From assembly GCA_033853925.1 (NCBI GenBank), contig JAWOLC010000016.1, forward strand, positions 16,670 through 80,669: a stretch of 64,000 bases of DNA, read 5' to 3'. How positions within the stretch are numbered: position 1 is the stretch's first letter; each line of letters opens with the position of its first letter. Below are positions 55,323-64,000 of the stretch, in pieces. Under the pieces are notes generated by a model. The model searched no databases. It was not told where the DNA came from and was given only the letters and a program-made list of their open reading frames with translations. The stretch comes from Candidatus Eiseniibacteriota bacterium. Its GTDB lineage: Bacteria > Eisenbacteria > RBG-16-71-46. The position numbers and the translations under genes were made by a program.

Positions 55323-57209
55323 ATGCTGTGGATGCTGGCCGTCCTCGTCCTGGCCTCCGGCGTGCTCGCGCCGCCCGCCGGGGCGACACCACCGCCGGGC
55401 GTGACGGCTCCTCCCCCGCCGGCCTCGGCCGACTCCCTGCGCGCCCCGCTGGGCATGGCTCCGCTCGCCGAGGTGCCCGCCTTCTGGTTCACCCGCGCCG
55501 AGCGCACGGGCTACCGCCAGACTCCGACCTACGACGAGACGATGGAGTACGTGCGCCGCCTCGCGGCCGCCTCCAAGCTCGTCAGCGTTCAGAGCTACGG
55601 CATGAGCCCCCAGGGGCGCCCCCTGATCCTCGTCGTAGCCTCGAAGGACCGGGCGTTCACGCCCGAGGCGGCGCGGGCGACGGGCAAGCCCGTCGTCCTC
55701 GTGCAGTGCGGCATCCACTCGGGCGAGATCGAGGGCAAGGACGCCATGCTCGCCCTGCTGCGCGACATGGTGATCACCGGCCGGCAGAGGGCGCTGCTCG
55801 AGAACTGCATCGTGCTCGTCGTGCCCATCTTCTCGGCGGACGCGCACGAGCGGCGCAGCCGCTACAACCGGATCAACCAGAACGGCCCCGAGGAGATGGG
55901 CTGGCGCACCACGCCCACGGGGCTCAATCTGAATCGCGACTACCTGAAGGCCGAGGCCCCCGAGATGCAGGCCTTCCTCTCGGGCGTCTTCACCCGCTGG
56001 TGGCCGGACCTGCTCGTGGACACCCACACCACGGACGGAGCCGACTACCAGTACGACGTGACCTGGTCGTACAACCACGGGCCCGAGGACCCCGCTCCCA
56101 TCGAGCGCTGGCTCGAGGACGCCTTCGAAGGTCGGGTCCTGCCCGTGCTCGCGCGCCTGGGGCACCTGGCGGGCCCGTACATGTCGTTCCGCCGCGACGA
56201 CGATCCGCTCTCGGGGATCGGGCTGGGCGACTCCCCCCCGCGCTTCTCGCACGGCTACCCGCCGCTGCAGTGCCGAGCCGCGATCCTGGTCGAGACCCAC
56301 ATGCTGAAGCCCTACGAGGTGCGCGTGCGGGCCACCTACGACCTGGTGGCGGCCGTCCTCGCCGAGGTGAACGCCCGTCCCCGGGCGCTCGAGCAGGCGG
56401 TGCGCGACGCGGAGGCCGAGGTCGTGGCGCGCGGGCGCGAGCACGATCCCGCGAAGCGCGAGGTGGTGCTGGGTTGGCGCCCGGCGCTCGACAGCACGCT
56501 CATCGCCTTCCACGGCGTGCGCACGACCTGGGAGCCGAGCGAGATCACGGGCAGCCTCGTGCCGCACTACTCGAGCACGCCCCTGGACACCGTGGTGCCG
56601 CTGATCCGCGACCTCGTGCCGGCGCTCACCGTCCGGCAGCCCGTGGGCTACCTCGTGCCGCGGGAGTGGACGGCGGTCGTGCAGCGTCTCGACGTCCACG
56701 GGATCCGCTATCGGCGGTTCGCGCGCGCCTGGAGTGACTCGGTGGAGCAGGAGCGCATCGCCGAGTGGCAGGCGGCCACGGAGCCACACGAGGGACACTT
56801 CCCCCTCGACGTGAGCCGGATCGAGATGGTCCGGCGGCTGCGAACGTTCCAGCCCGGCGACCTGTGGGTGCCGCTCGACCAGCCCTCGGCGCTCGTGGCG
56901 GTCCACCTGCTCGAGGCTCAGGCGCCCGACGGCCTCGCGCACTGGAACGTCTTCGACACGGTGCTGGAGAGGAAGGAGTACGCCGAGCCGTACGTGATCG
57001 AGCCGCTCGCTCGCCGGATGCTGCGCGACGATCCGGCGCTCGCCCGGGAGTTCCGGCAGCGCCTCGCCTCGGACCCCGCCTTCGCGGCGGATCCCTTCCG
57101 GCGCGCCGACTTCTTCTATCGCCGCTCGCCCTGGGCCGATCCGGAGCAGAACCTGCTGCCGGTCGCGCGGGCGCTGCAGGCGCCCCCCGAGGCCGCGCTG
57201 GCCCCGTAG
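55323..57209 (+). CDS. Secreted M14 zinc carboxypeptidase-family protein
   Basis: GIHSGEIEG (HxxE), NLNRD, VDTHTTDG, ETH. Confidence 0.9.
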   Translation: MLWMLAVLVLASGVLAPPAGATPPPGVTAPPPPASADSLRAPLGMAPLAEVPAFWFTRAERTGYRQTPTYDETMEYVRRLAAASKLVSVQSYGMSPQGRPLILVVASKDRAFTPEAARATGKPVVLVQCGIHSGEIEGKDAMLALLRDMVITGRQRALLENCIVLVVPIFSADAHERRSRYNRINQNGPEEMGWRTTPTGLNLNRDYLKAEAPEMQAFLSGVFTRWWPDLLVDTHTTDGADYQYDVTWSYNHGPEDPAPIERWLEDAFEGRVLPVLARLGHLAGPYMSFRRDDDPLSGIGLGDSPPRFSHGYPPLQCRAAILVETHMLKPYEVRVRATYDLVAAVLAEVNARPRALEQAVRDAEAEVVARGREHDPAKREVVLGWRPALDSTLIAFHGVRTTWEPSEITGSLVPHYSSTPLDTVVPLIRDLVPALTVRQPVGYLVPREWTAVVQRLDVHGIRYRRFARAWSDSVEQERIAEWQAATEPHEGHFPLDVSRIEMVRRLRTFQPGDLWVPLDQPSALVAVHLLEAQAPDGLAHWNVFDTVLERKEYAEPYVIEPLARRMLRDDPALAREFRQRLASDPAFAADPFRRADFFYRRSPWADPEQNLLPVARALQAPPEAALAP

Positions 57210-57396
57210 CGTCCTCGCCGCGCCGCCAGGGCTGCGGGAGCGGCAGGCCGAGGCCGCCGGCGAAGGCCGCGCTCGCCTCACGCGCCCTTCACCACGATCT
57301 GCCGCGCCCGCCACATCCCAGCGATCCGAGCGGCCATCCAATTCCTCCGGAGTCGGAGTCAGGAGCCGATCTCATGGAGGAAAGGGAGGGAGTGCG

Positions 57397-57972
57397 ATGA
57401 ACGGCAAGTGGAACGTCGCCCGCCTTTGGCGCCTTGCTTCGGGGCGGGTCTTGTTTGCAGGGTCGATCACCGCTCTGGCGCTGCTCGTCGGCGGGGGAAC
57501 CGCAGCGGCCGTGACCAACGAGCTGATGCCGGAGGTCGGCATGACCCGCGCGGTCCACGGCGACCGGGCGGTCACCGGTGACGTCAGACTCGGCTTGCGC
57601 ACCGCCTGGACGCGTTTCGTCAAGACCGAGGTGGACGCGGCGTACCGGGAGGACCAGTTCGACGGCGGCACGGTGAAGATGAAGTCGTGGCCGATCACCG
57701 GCTCCGTGTGGATCGCTCCGTACCTGGGACTGTACGCGGGCGGCGGCATCGGCTGGTACAACGAGACGACCCGTTTCGGCGCCAACGCGCCGTTCACGAA
57801 CCTCACCACGCAGAAGTTCGGCGAGCACGTGGGCGGCGGGTACGAGGCGCCGCTCGTCGGGCCGGTGAGCCTCGACTTGAACCTGCGTTACGTCTGGCTG
57901 GAGAAGAGCGGCTTCGACGAGGTCAATCGCAACCACTGGAACACGGCGATCGGCGCCGGCATCCGCTTCTGA
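57397..57972 (+). CDS. OmpA-TM-like 8-stranded outer-membrane beta-barrel
   Basis: Signal peptide, PYLGLYAGGGIGWY, HVGGG, LNLRY, terminal GAGIRF. Confidence 0.82.
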   Translation: MNGKWNVARLWRLASGRVLFAGSITALALLVGGGTAAAVTNELMPEVGMTRAVHGDRAVTGDVRLGLRTAWTRFVKTEVDAAYREDQFDGGTVKMKSWPITGSVWIAPYLGLYAGGGIGWYNETTRFGANAPFTNLTTQKFGEHVGGGYEAPLVGPVSLDLNLRYVWLEKSGFDEVNRNHWNTAIGAGIRF

Positions 57973-57998
57973 GGCGCCGCGGGCCCGCACGCGGGCCG

Positions 57999-58028
57999 GG
58001 GCCACGGCGCCCAAGGGCGCCGTGGCCC
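57999..58028. terminator. 13-bp GC hairpin between convergent genes
   Basis: GGGCCACGGCGCC-CAAG-GGCGCCGTGGCCC. Confidence 0.6.
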
Positions 58029-58068
58029 GCTTCGTCCCCCGCGGAGCGGCGCACCGCCTCGCCGCCGC

Positions 58069-58503
58069 TCAGCGCCCGAGAAGCTGCTCCATCTCCAGGA
58101 CGGAGTTCATCTCGTCCCTCAGGATGTGGAAGATCGTGTGGTAGTGGACGGGGTGGTCCTTCACCAGCGCGACGATCTTCCTGTAGGCCGCGGCCGCCCC
58201 CTGCTCGGTCTTCAGCGCCTCCTCCAGCATCACCCGGGTGTCCGTGGTGTGCAGGATCGGGGTCGCGTCGCGCGTGGTGACCGCCTCGCCGCCCAGGGTC
58301 TGGATGATCTCCCGCACCGCCTTCGCGTGCCCGAACGACTCGGTCGCTTCCTCCTGGAAGTGCGATTCCAGCGTCAGCGTCTCGAGCCCCCGCACGTAGG
58401 CGGCATAGTGGGCGTAGAGGGCCTGCGCCCGGAGCTCCCAACCCAGGGCGCCGTTCAGCTGCGTGATGAGCTTCGCGTTCTTGGGCTGCTTCTTCGCCGG
58501 CAT
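58069..58503 (-). CDS. Ferritin-like (bacterioferritin-related) four-helix bundle protein
   Basis: LNGALGWELRA..Y.HY, ESFGHA, LGGE, EEALKTE, RDEM. GAGGGAG RBS. Confidence 0.8.
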   Translation of the reverse strand: MPAKKQPKNAKLITQLNGALGWELRAQALYAHYAAYVRGLETLTLESHFQEEATESFGHAKAVREIIQTLGGEAVTTRDATPILHTTDTRVMLEEALKTEQGAAAAYRKIVALVKDHPVHYHTIFHILRDEMNSVLEMEQLLGR

Positions 58504-58837
58504 CGCTCTCCCTCCTTTGACCGTGCGGCCCCATTCCCAGCGGCGGCAGAGTACCGCGAGCCCCGGCTTCGCGCACGCCGGGACCAGGGAGCGAACGACG
58601 TGAGAGCCAACGAGGTGCGCGCGTGGCCGCTCGGCGCCGCGAGCGCGCGCGACCTTGCGGAGGCGGGTACGGCGGGCCGCGGCGGGCGTGGGCCAAAGGG
58701 CCCACCGTTGCTCGTGCAGACTTTGCAGGACGTGGGCAAGTGGCGCGCGTGAGCGGAGTACGTTCCCCGTGTCTTCCAAGTCGGCGCACGGCCGCGCCGC
58801 ACGCATCTCCCCATCCCCCATCTTCGAGGTGTTTCAC

Positions 58838-59650
58838 ATGCGCCCGCTTCTTGCCGTTCTGTCCATCGTCGGACTCCTGGCCCTGGCCGGGTGTTCGGCG
58901 CAGCGCACGCTTCCCACGACACCCGGCGGTCACGGCACGGCGGGCGCCGCCTGGAACGTGCGCATCCAGATCACCGACTCGCCCGCCGCCTTCGACGCGG
59001 TGAACCTGGTGGTGAACGAGGTGGCGATTCATCGCGACAGCCCCGATTCGCTCGCCGGCTGGGAGATCCTGAGCAGCACGCCCGGGACCTTCGATCTGAT
59101 GCAGCTCCGCAACGGCGTGTTCGCCACGCTGGGCCAGGCCATGGTGGCCCCGGGAACCTACACGCAGATCCGGCTCAAGCTGGGCGCGGGCTCGAACATC
59201 GTCGTGGACGGCGTCATGCACCCGCTGGTGGTGCCGAGCGGCATGCAGAGCGGCTACAAGCTGATCGGCACGTTCGTCGTGCCTCCCGATCAGATGCTCG
59301 ACCTGGCGCTCGACTTCGACGCCGCGCGCTCGATCGTCGTCACCGGGCACGGCAGGTACATGCTCAAGCCCGTGGTCAGCGTGATGCCCTTCTCGACCGC
59401 GGGCGCGATCGCCGGACGCGTCCTGCCCGACACGGCGGAGGCCGAGGTCTTCGCCCTGATGGGCGCGGACACCGTGGCGCACGCCACGCCGGCCGCGGAC
59501 GGCAGCTTCATGATCAATCCCATCGCGGCGGGCACCTACGACATCGCCGTCCATCCGGACACGCTCTTCCGCGACACGACGATCACCGGCGTGGTGGTGG
59601 CTCCCCAGAAGACCACGCAGCTCGGCGACATCGTGCTCATGCCGAAGTGA
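58838..59650 (+). CDS. DUF4382-domain lipoprotein with C-terminal carboxypeptidase-regulatory-like domain
   Basis: Lipobox LAGC; ITDSP, FDLMQLRNG, YTQIRL, VPSGMQSGYKL, LDFDAARS. Confidence 0.85.
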   Translation: MRPLLAVLSIVGLLALAGCSAQRTLPTTPGGHGTAGAAWNVRIQITDSPAAFDAVNLVVNEVAIHRDSPDSLAGWEILSSTPGTFDLMQLRNGVFATLGQAMVAPGTYTQIRLKLGAGSNIVVDGVMHPLVVPSGMQSGYKLIGTFVVPPDQMLDLALDFDAARSIVVTGHGRYMLKPVVSVMPFSTAGAIAGRVLPDTAEAEVFALMGADTVAHATPAADGSFMINPIAAGTYDIAVHPDTLFRDTTITGVVVAPQKTTQLGDIVLMPK

Positions 59651-59695
59651 GCCGCGCGGGCCCGCGGCGCTCGCGGCGGGCCTGACGCGAGAGGG

Positions 59696-59727
59696 CGAGG
59701 CCTCGGGGCGAAGGCTCCGGGGCCTCG
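59696..59727. terminator. 14-bp GC hairpin between convergent genes
   Basis: CGAGGCCTCGGGGC-GAAG-GCTCCGGGGCCTCG, with two G-U pairs. Confidence 0.55.
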
Positions 59728-59760
59728 TGGCTTCGGCGCCCGGCGACCGGGGGCGCCGCG

Positions 59761-60933
59761 TCACCGGCCGGCGAAGAACGCCCCGATGTCGCGCGCCAGC
59801 AGCTCCGGCTCCTCGGCGGCCGCGAAGTGACCGCCGCGCGGCATCCGGGTCCAGCGGCGCACGTCGTAGAGCCGCTCGGCCCACTCGCGGGGCGGCTCGC
59901 CTTCGTCGACGAGCTGGTGGGGGAAGACGGCGACCGCGGTCGGCACGTGGACGAAGTCTCGGGGGCCGACGGCGACGCTCGTCGCGCGGTTGTCCACGTA
60001 GTCGCGCATGGACGAGGTGATCGTCTGCGTGACCCAGAAGAGCGTCAGGTTGGTGAGCAGGAAGTCGCGCGAGAAGCGGCTCTCGAGCTCACCTCCGCAA
60101 TCGCTCCACGAGCGCCATTTCTCCAGGATCCACGCGGCCAGGCCGGCGGGCGAGTCGTTCAACCCGTACCCCAGCGTCTGGGGCTTCGTGGACTGGAGGG
60201 TCTTGTACCCCGCCTCCGCCCGCCAGAACGCCTCGCTGCGCTCCACGTAGGCCTTCTCGGCCGCCGACAGCGGGCGCGCTCCGGCGCCCGTGTAGGGCGG
60301 GAGATCCAGGTTGCTCAAGTGGACGCCCAGCATCGCTCCTGGATCGTCCAGGGCCATGAAGGTCGCGACCGTCGCCCCGAAGTCTCCTCCCTGCGCGCCG
60401 TAGCGATCGTAGCCCAGCCCGCGCATGAGCCGGTGCCAGAGGGCGGCGACGTGGCGGCAGCTCGCGCCGGTGCGCGCTGCCCGTTCCGAGAATCCGTATC
60501 CGGGCAGGGAGGGGACGACGACGTCGAAGGCGGGGCCTTCGTTGCCGTGCGCCCGGGGATCGGTCAGGAGCGGCACCAGCGGGAGAAGCTCGACGAACGT
60601 GCTCGGCCAGCCGTGGGTCAGGATCAGCGGAATGCCCCGCCCCGAGCGCGCGCGCTCGTGCACGAAGTGGAGGCGCCGGCCGTCGAGCGTGGCGCGGAAG
60701 TGGCGGAAGCCGTTCAGCTCGCGCTCCCGCTCCCGCCAGGCGAAGCCATCGGCCCAGTAGGCGAGGAGGTCCCTCAGGTAGGCGAGGTCGGTGCCCTGCT
60801 CCCAGGCCGCGCCGGGCGCGGCCTCGGGCCAGCGCGTGCGGCGGATGCGCTCGCGCAGGTCGGCGAGCGCTTCGTCCGCGACGTGGATCGTGTACGGCGC
60901 GGCGTCCAACGGCGAATCGAGCCGGCTCGTCAC
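59761..60933 (-). CDS. Epoxide hydrolase (microsomal-type, EHN domain + alpha/beta hydrolase)
   Basis: LRERIRRTRWP, LTHGWP, VVPSLPGYGFS, QGGDFG, DSPAGLAAWI.EK, GGHFAA.E. Start uncertain. Confidence 0.92.
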   Translation of the reverse strand: MTSRLDSPLDAAPYTIHVADEALADLRERIRRTRWPEAAPGAAWEQGTDLAYLRDLLAYWADGFAWRERERELNGFRHFRATLDGRRLHFVHERARSGRGIPLILTHGWPSTFVELLPLVPLLTDPRAHGNEGPAFDVVVPSLPGYGFSERAARTGASCRHVAALWHRLMRGLGYDRYGAQGGDFGATVATFMALDDPGAMLGVHLSNLDLPPYTGAGARPLSAAEKAYVERSEAFWRAEAGYKTLQSTKPQTLGYGLNDSPAGLAAWILEKWRSWSDCGGELESRFSRDFLLTNLTLFWVTQTITSSMRDYVDNRATSVAVGPRDFVHVPTAVAVFPHQLVDEGEPPREWAERLYDVRRWTRMPRGGHFAAAEEPELLARDIGAFFAGR

Positions 60934-61172
60934 GGACCTCGGCTCTCTCGATTCGCCGGCTTCCGGAGCGCGCCCGCGCGGGCGCCGAAGCCGACCAGCA
61001 TCCTGCCGTCCAGCCGGAAGGCGGGGATGCCACAGCGGATGCACTCCTCGGCCTTCGGCGCGGTCGCCTGAATCAGCCGGCGCAACCGCTCGAGTGCCCG
61101 GCGCTGGCCGGCGCCCAGGCGGGCGAGGTAGCCGGCGATCGTCTCGGGTCTGGCGGCGGCCCGCGGGCTCAT
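60930..61172 (-). pseudogene. 3'-truncated DUF1801 (YdhG-like) protein
   Basis: TIAGYL...QRRALERLRRLI...APKAEE.I..GIPAFRLDGRMLVGFGA, then abrupt loss of similarity; only 80 aa. Confidence 0.65.
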
Positions 61173-61654
61173 CTCCTGGCCCCCGAGCTCACCGCGACGA
61201 GGGGCCGATTCAGCTCGGTCCGCCACGTCGTCGAATCGGGACTCGTCTCGGGGCCCGTCAGGTAGCACTCCCAGAGATCGGGAGCCGGCGTGTGCCCCTC
61301 GGCGGCGATCCAGCCCATGAGCTCGGCCCAGGCCGACGGCAGCCCTTCGTAGGATCCGTGGTAGATCGTCCGCGCCACGGTCACGGCGGGCAGCTCGCTC
61401 GGCTGCACGCGACCGACGGGCGAGACCGGCGCCCTCACCGGCACGCCGATCTCGAAGTCGAAGGTGCCGGGATCCATCTTCAGGTGGTGCGCGACCACGG
61501 GACCCGCGGGACCGATGCGCTGGGCGGCGACGACGGCGAGCACCTCGGCGATGCCCGGACCCATGACCTTCTGGATGTCCGCCCGCGGAACGGTGAGTCG
61601 GATGACGGCGGTGAGCCGAGGCTCGGCCCGAACGATCCGAGGCGTTTCGATCAT
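61169..61654 (-). CDS. GyrI-like small-molecule-binding protein
   Basis: FDFEIGVPV, HGSYEGLPSAWAEL..WI, WECYLTGP, WRTEL..P. Confidence 0.88.
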   Translation of the reverse strand: MIETPRIVRAEPRLTAVIRLTVPRADIQKVMGPGIAEVLAVVAAQRIGPAGPVVAHHLKMDPGTFDFEIGVPVRAPVSPVGRVQPSELPAVTVARTIYHGSYEGLPSAWAELMGWIAAEGHTPAPDLWECYLTGPETSPDSTTWRTELNRPLVAVSSGARR

Positions 61655-61844
61655 GAGCCACTCCTCTCGTGAGTCCGACAGTGCCATTCGGCATGGCCCG
61701 CGCTCGGCGGGCAGGACCGGCTTCGGGCCGACCGTGGCGGATCGCAGGGAATCGCGTGCCACGGCCGTGCAAATCCGCGCGTGCGAGCGACGGGGGGCGG
61801 GTTCCTCGGCCGTCGCGGAGAGCGAGGCGCCCACGAGAGTGGCG

Positions 61845-62516
61845 CTACGGCGCGCCCGCGGCGGAGGAGGTCGGGGCCTCGGGAGTCCTGCTCAGCATCC
61901 GCGGAGCGAGGGCGTAGAGCAGGAGGGCGGCCGCCGCCAGGAAGAGAGCGAGGTCGGGAACGACGCCCAGAAGCAGGGCGGCCGACCCCCCTACGACCGC
62001 CCACAGGAACGGAATCACGGCCAGCCCCCACAGCCGTCTCGGCTCGAGAGCGAGGAGGAGGCTCACGGTGAAGAGCGTCGTGGGACATGGCACGCCGAAG
62101 GCCGGCATCCGCGGCCAGCTCAGGCCACTGCCGAGCGCGAGCAGAGGATAGGCGAGGGCATCGAGACCGAAGGCCACGGAGAGCGCTTGGCGGGGCGCCC
62201 GGCCCCAGGAGAACGCCGGACCTCGGCCGACGAACCCGAGCCAGAGGAAGAGCACGCCTTGGAGCACGAAGAGCGCGCCGAACAGGCGGGCGGCGGGGTT
62301 CACCGAGGCGAAGTAGCCCCAGTGGTAGACGATTCCCGACCAGAGCCAGTGCAGGGCCAGCAGCAGGAACAGCGTCCGCGAGCCGATGCGGCCGAAGGCC
62401 AGCCCGGCGAGCCCCAGGGCCGAGAGCAGCCAGAGGACGACTTCCATGGGCCAGCAGACGGCATTGAAGCTCGAGAAGACGCCCAGGAACGCGTCGTGCG
62501 TGAAGGGAAGTCGCAG
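61845..62516 (-). CDS. DUF6064-like membrane protein, probable CTG start
   Basis: Frame open upstream of ATG 62447 as (L)RLPFTHDAFLGVFSSFNAVCWP; GAGGG RBS before CTG 62516; WLWSGIVYH, FGVPCPTTLFT. Confidence 0.75.
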   Translation of the reverse strand: MRLPFTHDAFLGVFSSFNAVCWPMEVVLWLLSALGLAGLAFGRIGSRTLFLLLALHWLWSGIVYHWGYFASVNPAARLFGALFVLQGVLFLWLGFVGRGPAFSWGRAPRQALSVAFGLDALAYPLLALGSGLSWPRMPAFGVPCPTTLFTVSLLLALEPRRLWGLAVIPFLWAVVGGSAALLLGVVPDLALFLAAAALLLYALAPRMLSRTPEAPTSSAAGAP

Positions 62517-62571
62517 GTCGCCCTCGCTCGTCGTCGTCCGTGGAGCCCCGTCGGCCCGTGCGAGTCCGTCT

Positions 62572-63999
62572 CTAGTCCAGCGCTGGCGCGTACACCAGAG
62601 CGTTCAACAGCACGCGCTCGGTCGAGCGCCAGAAGAGCCGGTAGTCGGGCGCGCCCGCCAGCATGAGCACGTGCCCGCCGCCCGTGGGCTCGTCGATCGC
62701 CCAGGCGCAGCCCAGGAGCCGCCGTTCGGTCTCGGGCCACGTCCAGCCGGCGAGCGCCAACGGCGCGCGGTCGAACACCAGGGGGTTCGCGCCTTCCTTC
62801 GAGGCCTTCAGGAAGCTCTGGCCCTCGATCATCACGGGCACGCGCGCCTCACCCAGCCCGTAGCAGAGGAAGTGGCGAGGATCGGGCGTGGCCATGAACA
62901 CCGATCCGGGCACGTACTGGGGTCGCCGGTCGGCCTCGGCATCGGAGGAGTCGCGCGGTCCGGGACGGGCGCCGGCCGACCCGCCGCCCGCTCCCGCGGC
63001 GCCGTAGCCGCCGGGAGCGACGGAGCCGCCCATCGGGCCGCCCGCGTACGGGCCGGGCGGCGTCGGCCCCGCCGGCTTCACCCCCACCACCCGCGCCGTG
63101 GACAAGCCCACCTTCTCGAGCGTCGGGAACTCGGCCGCGTCCTCCATGCACAGCAGCACCCCGCCGCGCTGCACCCAGCTCCTGAGCCGTGCGATGCCCC
63201 CGTCCCCCAGCGCCTCGGCGAGCGCGCTCGCGTCGCCGTCCGGCACGATCACGGTGTTGTAGCGCTCGAGATCCGCGCGCGCGAGAGCGCTCGCCCGCAG
63301 CGCGGTGAAGCGCAGGCCCAGCCGGCGCTCGAACAGGAACCACAGGTAGCCGTACGACGTCGGCGAGACGGGGCGATCCACGAGCACGGCCACCCGCGGG
63401 CGCTTGAGGCTGCGCACCGCTTCGGAGCCGATGCCGGTGTCGCCGCGATCGGTCCAGGCGCTGTTCACGGCCACGACCGTGACCCCCGAGCCGCGGGCCA
63501 GCGCGGCGACGCGCGCGTGCAGGCTCTCGGGGTTGCGCTCGACCCGCGCCACGAACGAGCCGCGGGGGAAGTCCCGGCTCCCGGCCCGCAGTGGGCGAGT
63601 GCTGGTCGCCACCTTGAAGTCCTCCTGCAGGAGCCGGAGCGCGAGCCGCGCCGCGCCATCGTCCGCGCACGACCAGACGTAGGCGGTGGTGGCCGTGCCG
63701 CCCTGGACCCGGCCGTGCAGGTCGAGCACGGCCTCTCCGGCGGGATCGCGCAGGGCGAGCGGCGCCCAGCGCGCCAGCCGCGCCGGGAGCGGCACGCCCA
63801 CGGCGAGCGAGTCGGGCAGCCGCTCGGTCGATCCCGCGGCGCCGTCGTCCGCCGCCGCGGGATCGGGGGCCGCGAGCAGCGCGCCCCCGGCCGGCAGGGC
63901 GCGCACCGCGAAGGCCGGCACGCCGTAGGCCACGGGCAGCGACCAGGCGGTGATGTCGTAGAAGTCGTAGCGCTCCTTGGGCGCGTTCTTCCCGCGCGT
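62572..63999 (-). CDS. C-terminal part of a large M14-family peptidase-like protein with GATase-like domain (5' end beyond window)
   Basis: Frame open to the window end; FYDITAWSLP, LWFLFE, W...GGVL, PDYRLFW...R.LLNAL. Confidence 0.75.
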   Translation of the reverse strand, partial: TRGKNAPKERYDFYDITAWSLPVAYGVPAFAVRALPAGGALLAAPDPAAADDGAAGSTERLPDSLAVGVPLPARLARWAPLALRDPAGEAVLDLHGRVQGGTATTAYVWSCADDGAARLALRLLQEDFKVATSTRPLRAGSRDFPRGSFVARVERNPESLHARVAALARGSGVTVVAVNSAWTDRGDTGIGSEAVRSLKRPRVAVLVDRPVSPTSYGYLWFLFERRLGLRFTALRASALARADLERYNTVIVPDGDASALAEALGDGGIARLRSWVQRGGVLLCMEDAAEFPTLEKVGLSTARVVGVKPAGPTPPGPYAGGPMGGSVAPGGYGAAGAGGGSAGARPGPRDSSDAEADRRPQYVPGSVFMATPDPRHFLCYGLGEARVPVMIEGQSFLKASKEGANPLVFDRAPLALAGWTWPETERRLLGCAWAIDEPTGGGHVLMLAGAPDYRLFWRSTERVLLNALVYAPALD

Positions 64000-64000
64000 G

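Noticed and set aside
184-63928. Many long overlapping or antisense ORFs in the supplied track (e.g. 184..2319, 24643..27051, 33734..36085, 45128..47083)
   Set aside because: Arg/Pro/Gly/Ala-rich shadow frames expected at very high GC. They overlap genes with clear motifs and have none of their own.
1-64000. tRNA, rRNA, CRISPR-cas, prophage or toxin-antitoxin genes
   Set aside because: No cloverleaf/T-loop signatures in intergenic gaps, no regularly spaced repeats and no recognisable motifs by eye. tRNAscan-SE/Infernal would be needed for certainty.

Overview
64-kb window from a very GC-rich bacterium. The many secreted proteins with FlgD-Ig/T9SS-type-A-like C-terminal domains suggest a Candidatus Eisenbacteria-like lineage (inference only). 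Left to right: HEAT-repeat + HD-GYP pair; GAF sensor kinase; esterase + MFS; a 60-aa Zn-ribbon ORF ahead of queE-queC-queD; SDR; GT51 transglycosylase and membrane proteins. From 14.6 to 30.5 kb lies a cluster of five secreted CTD-bearing proteins. Its middle (17.3-24.1 kb) is a lower-GC, decaying island bracketed by IS110/IS1111-type ends and two transposase fragments. From 30.6 to 38.5 kb is a five-gene minus-strand operon: di-heme-b membrane protein, membrane-anchored Fe-S/FAD NAD(P)H oxidoreductase, 23-heme and 15/16-heme c cytochromes, and an outer-membrane beta-barrel. It looks like a complete cytoplasm-to-surface electron conduit, and a 52-aa pilin-like ORF lies upstream. Then follow an S9 peptidase; an ARG-box-controlled argR-C-B-D-G-H(A)-J operon with an ArgH-GNAT fusion; a LiaF-like/LytS/LytTR operon; an unannotated UGA-recoded (UxxC) peroxiredoxin-like selenoprotein with a SECIS-like hairpin; two OMPs; two M14 peptidases; ferritin-like, DUF4382, epoxide hydrolase, GyrI-like and DUF6064-like genes. 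No rRNA, tRNA or CRISPR array was seen. All family assignments are by motif recognition by eye, not database search.
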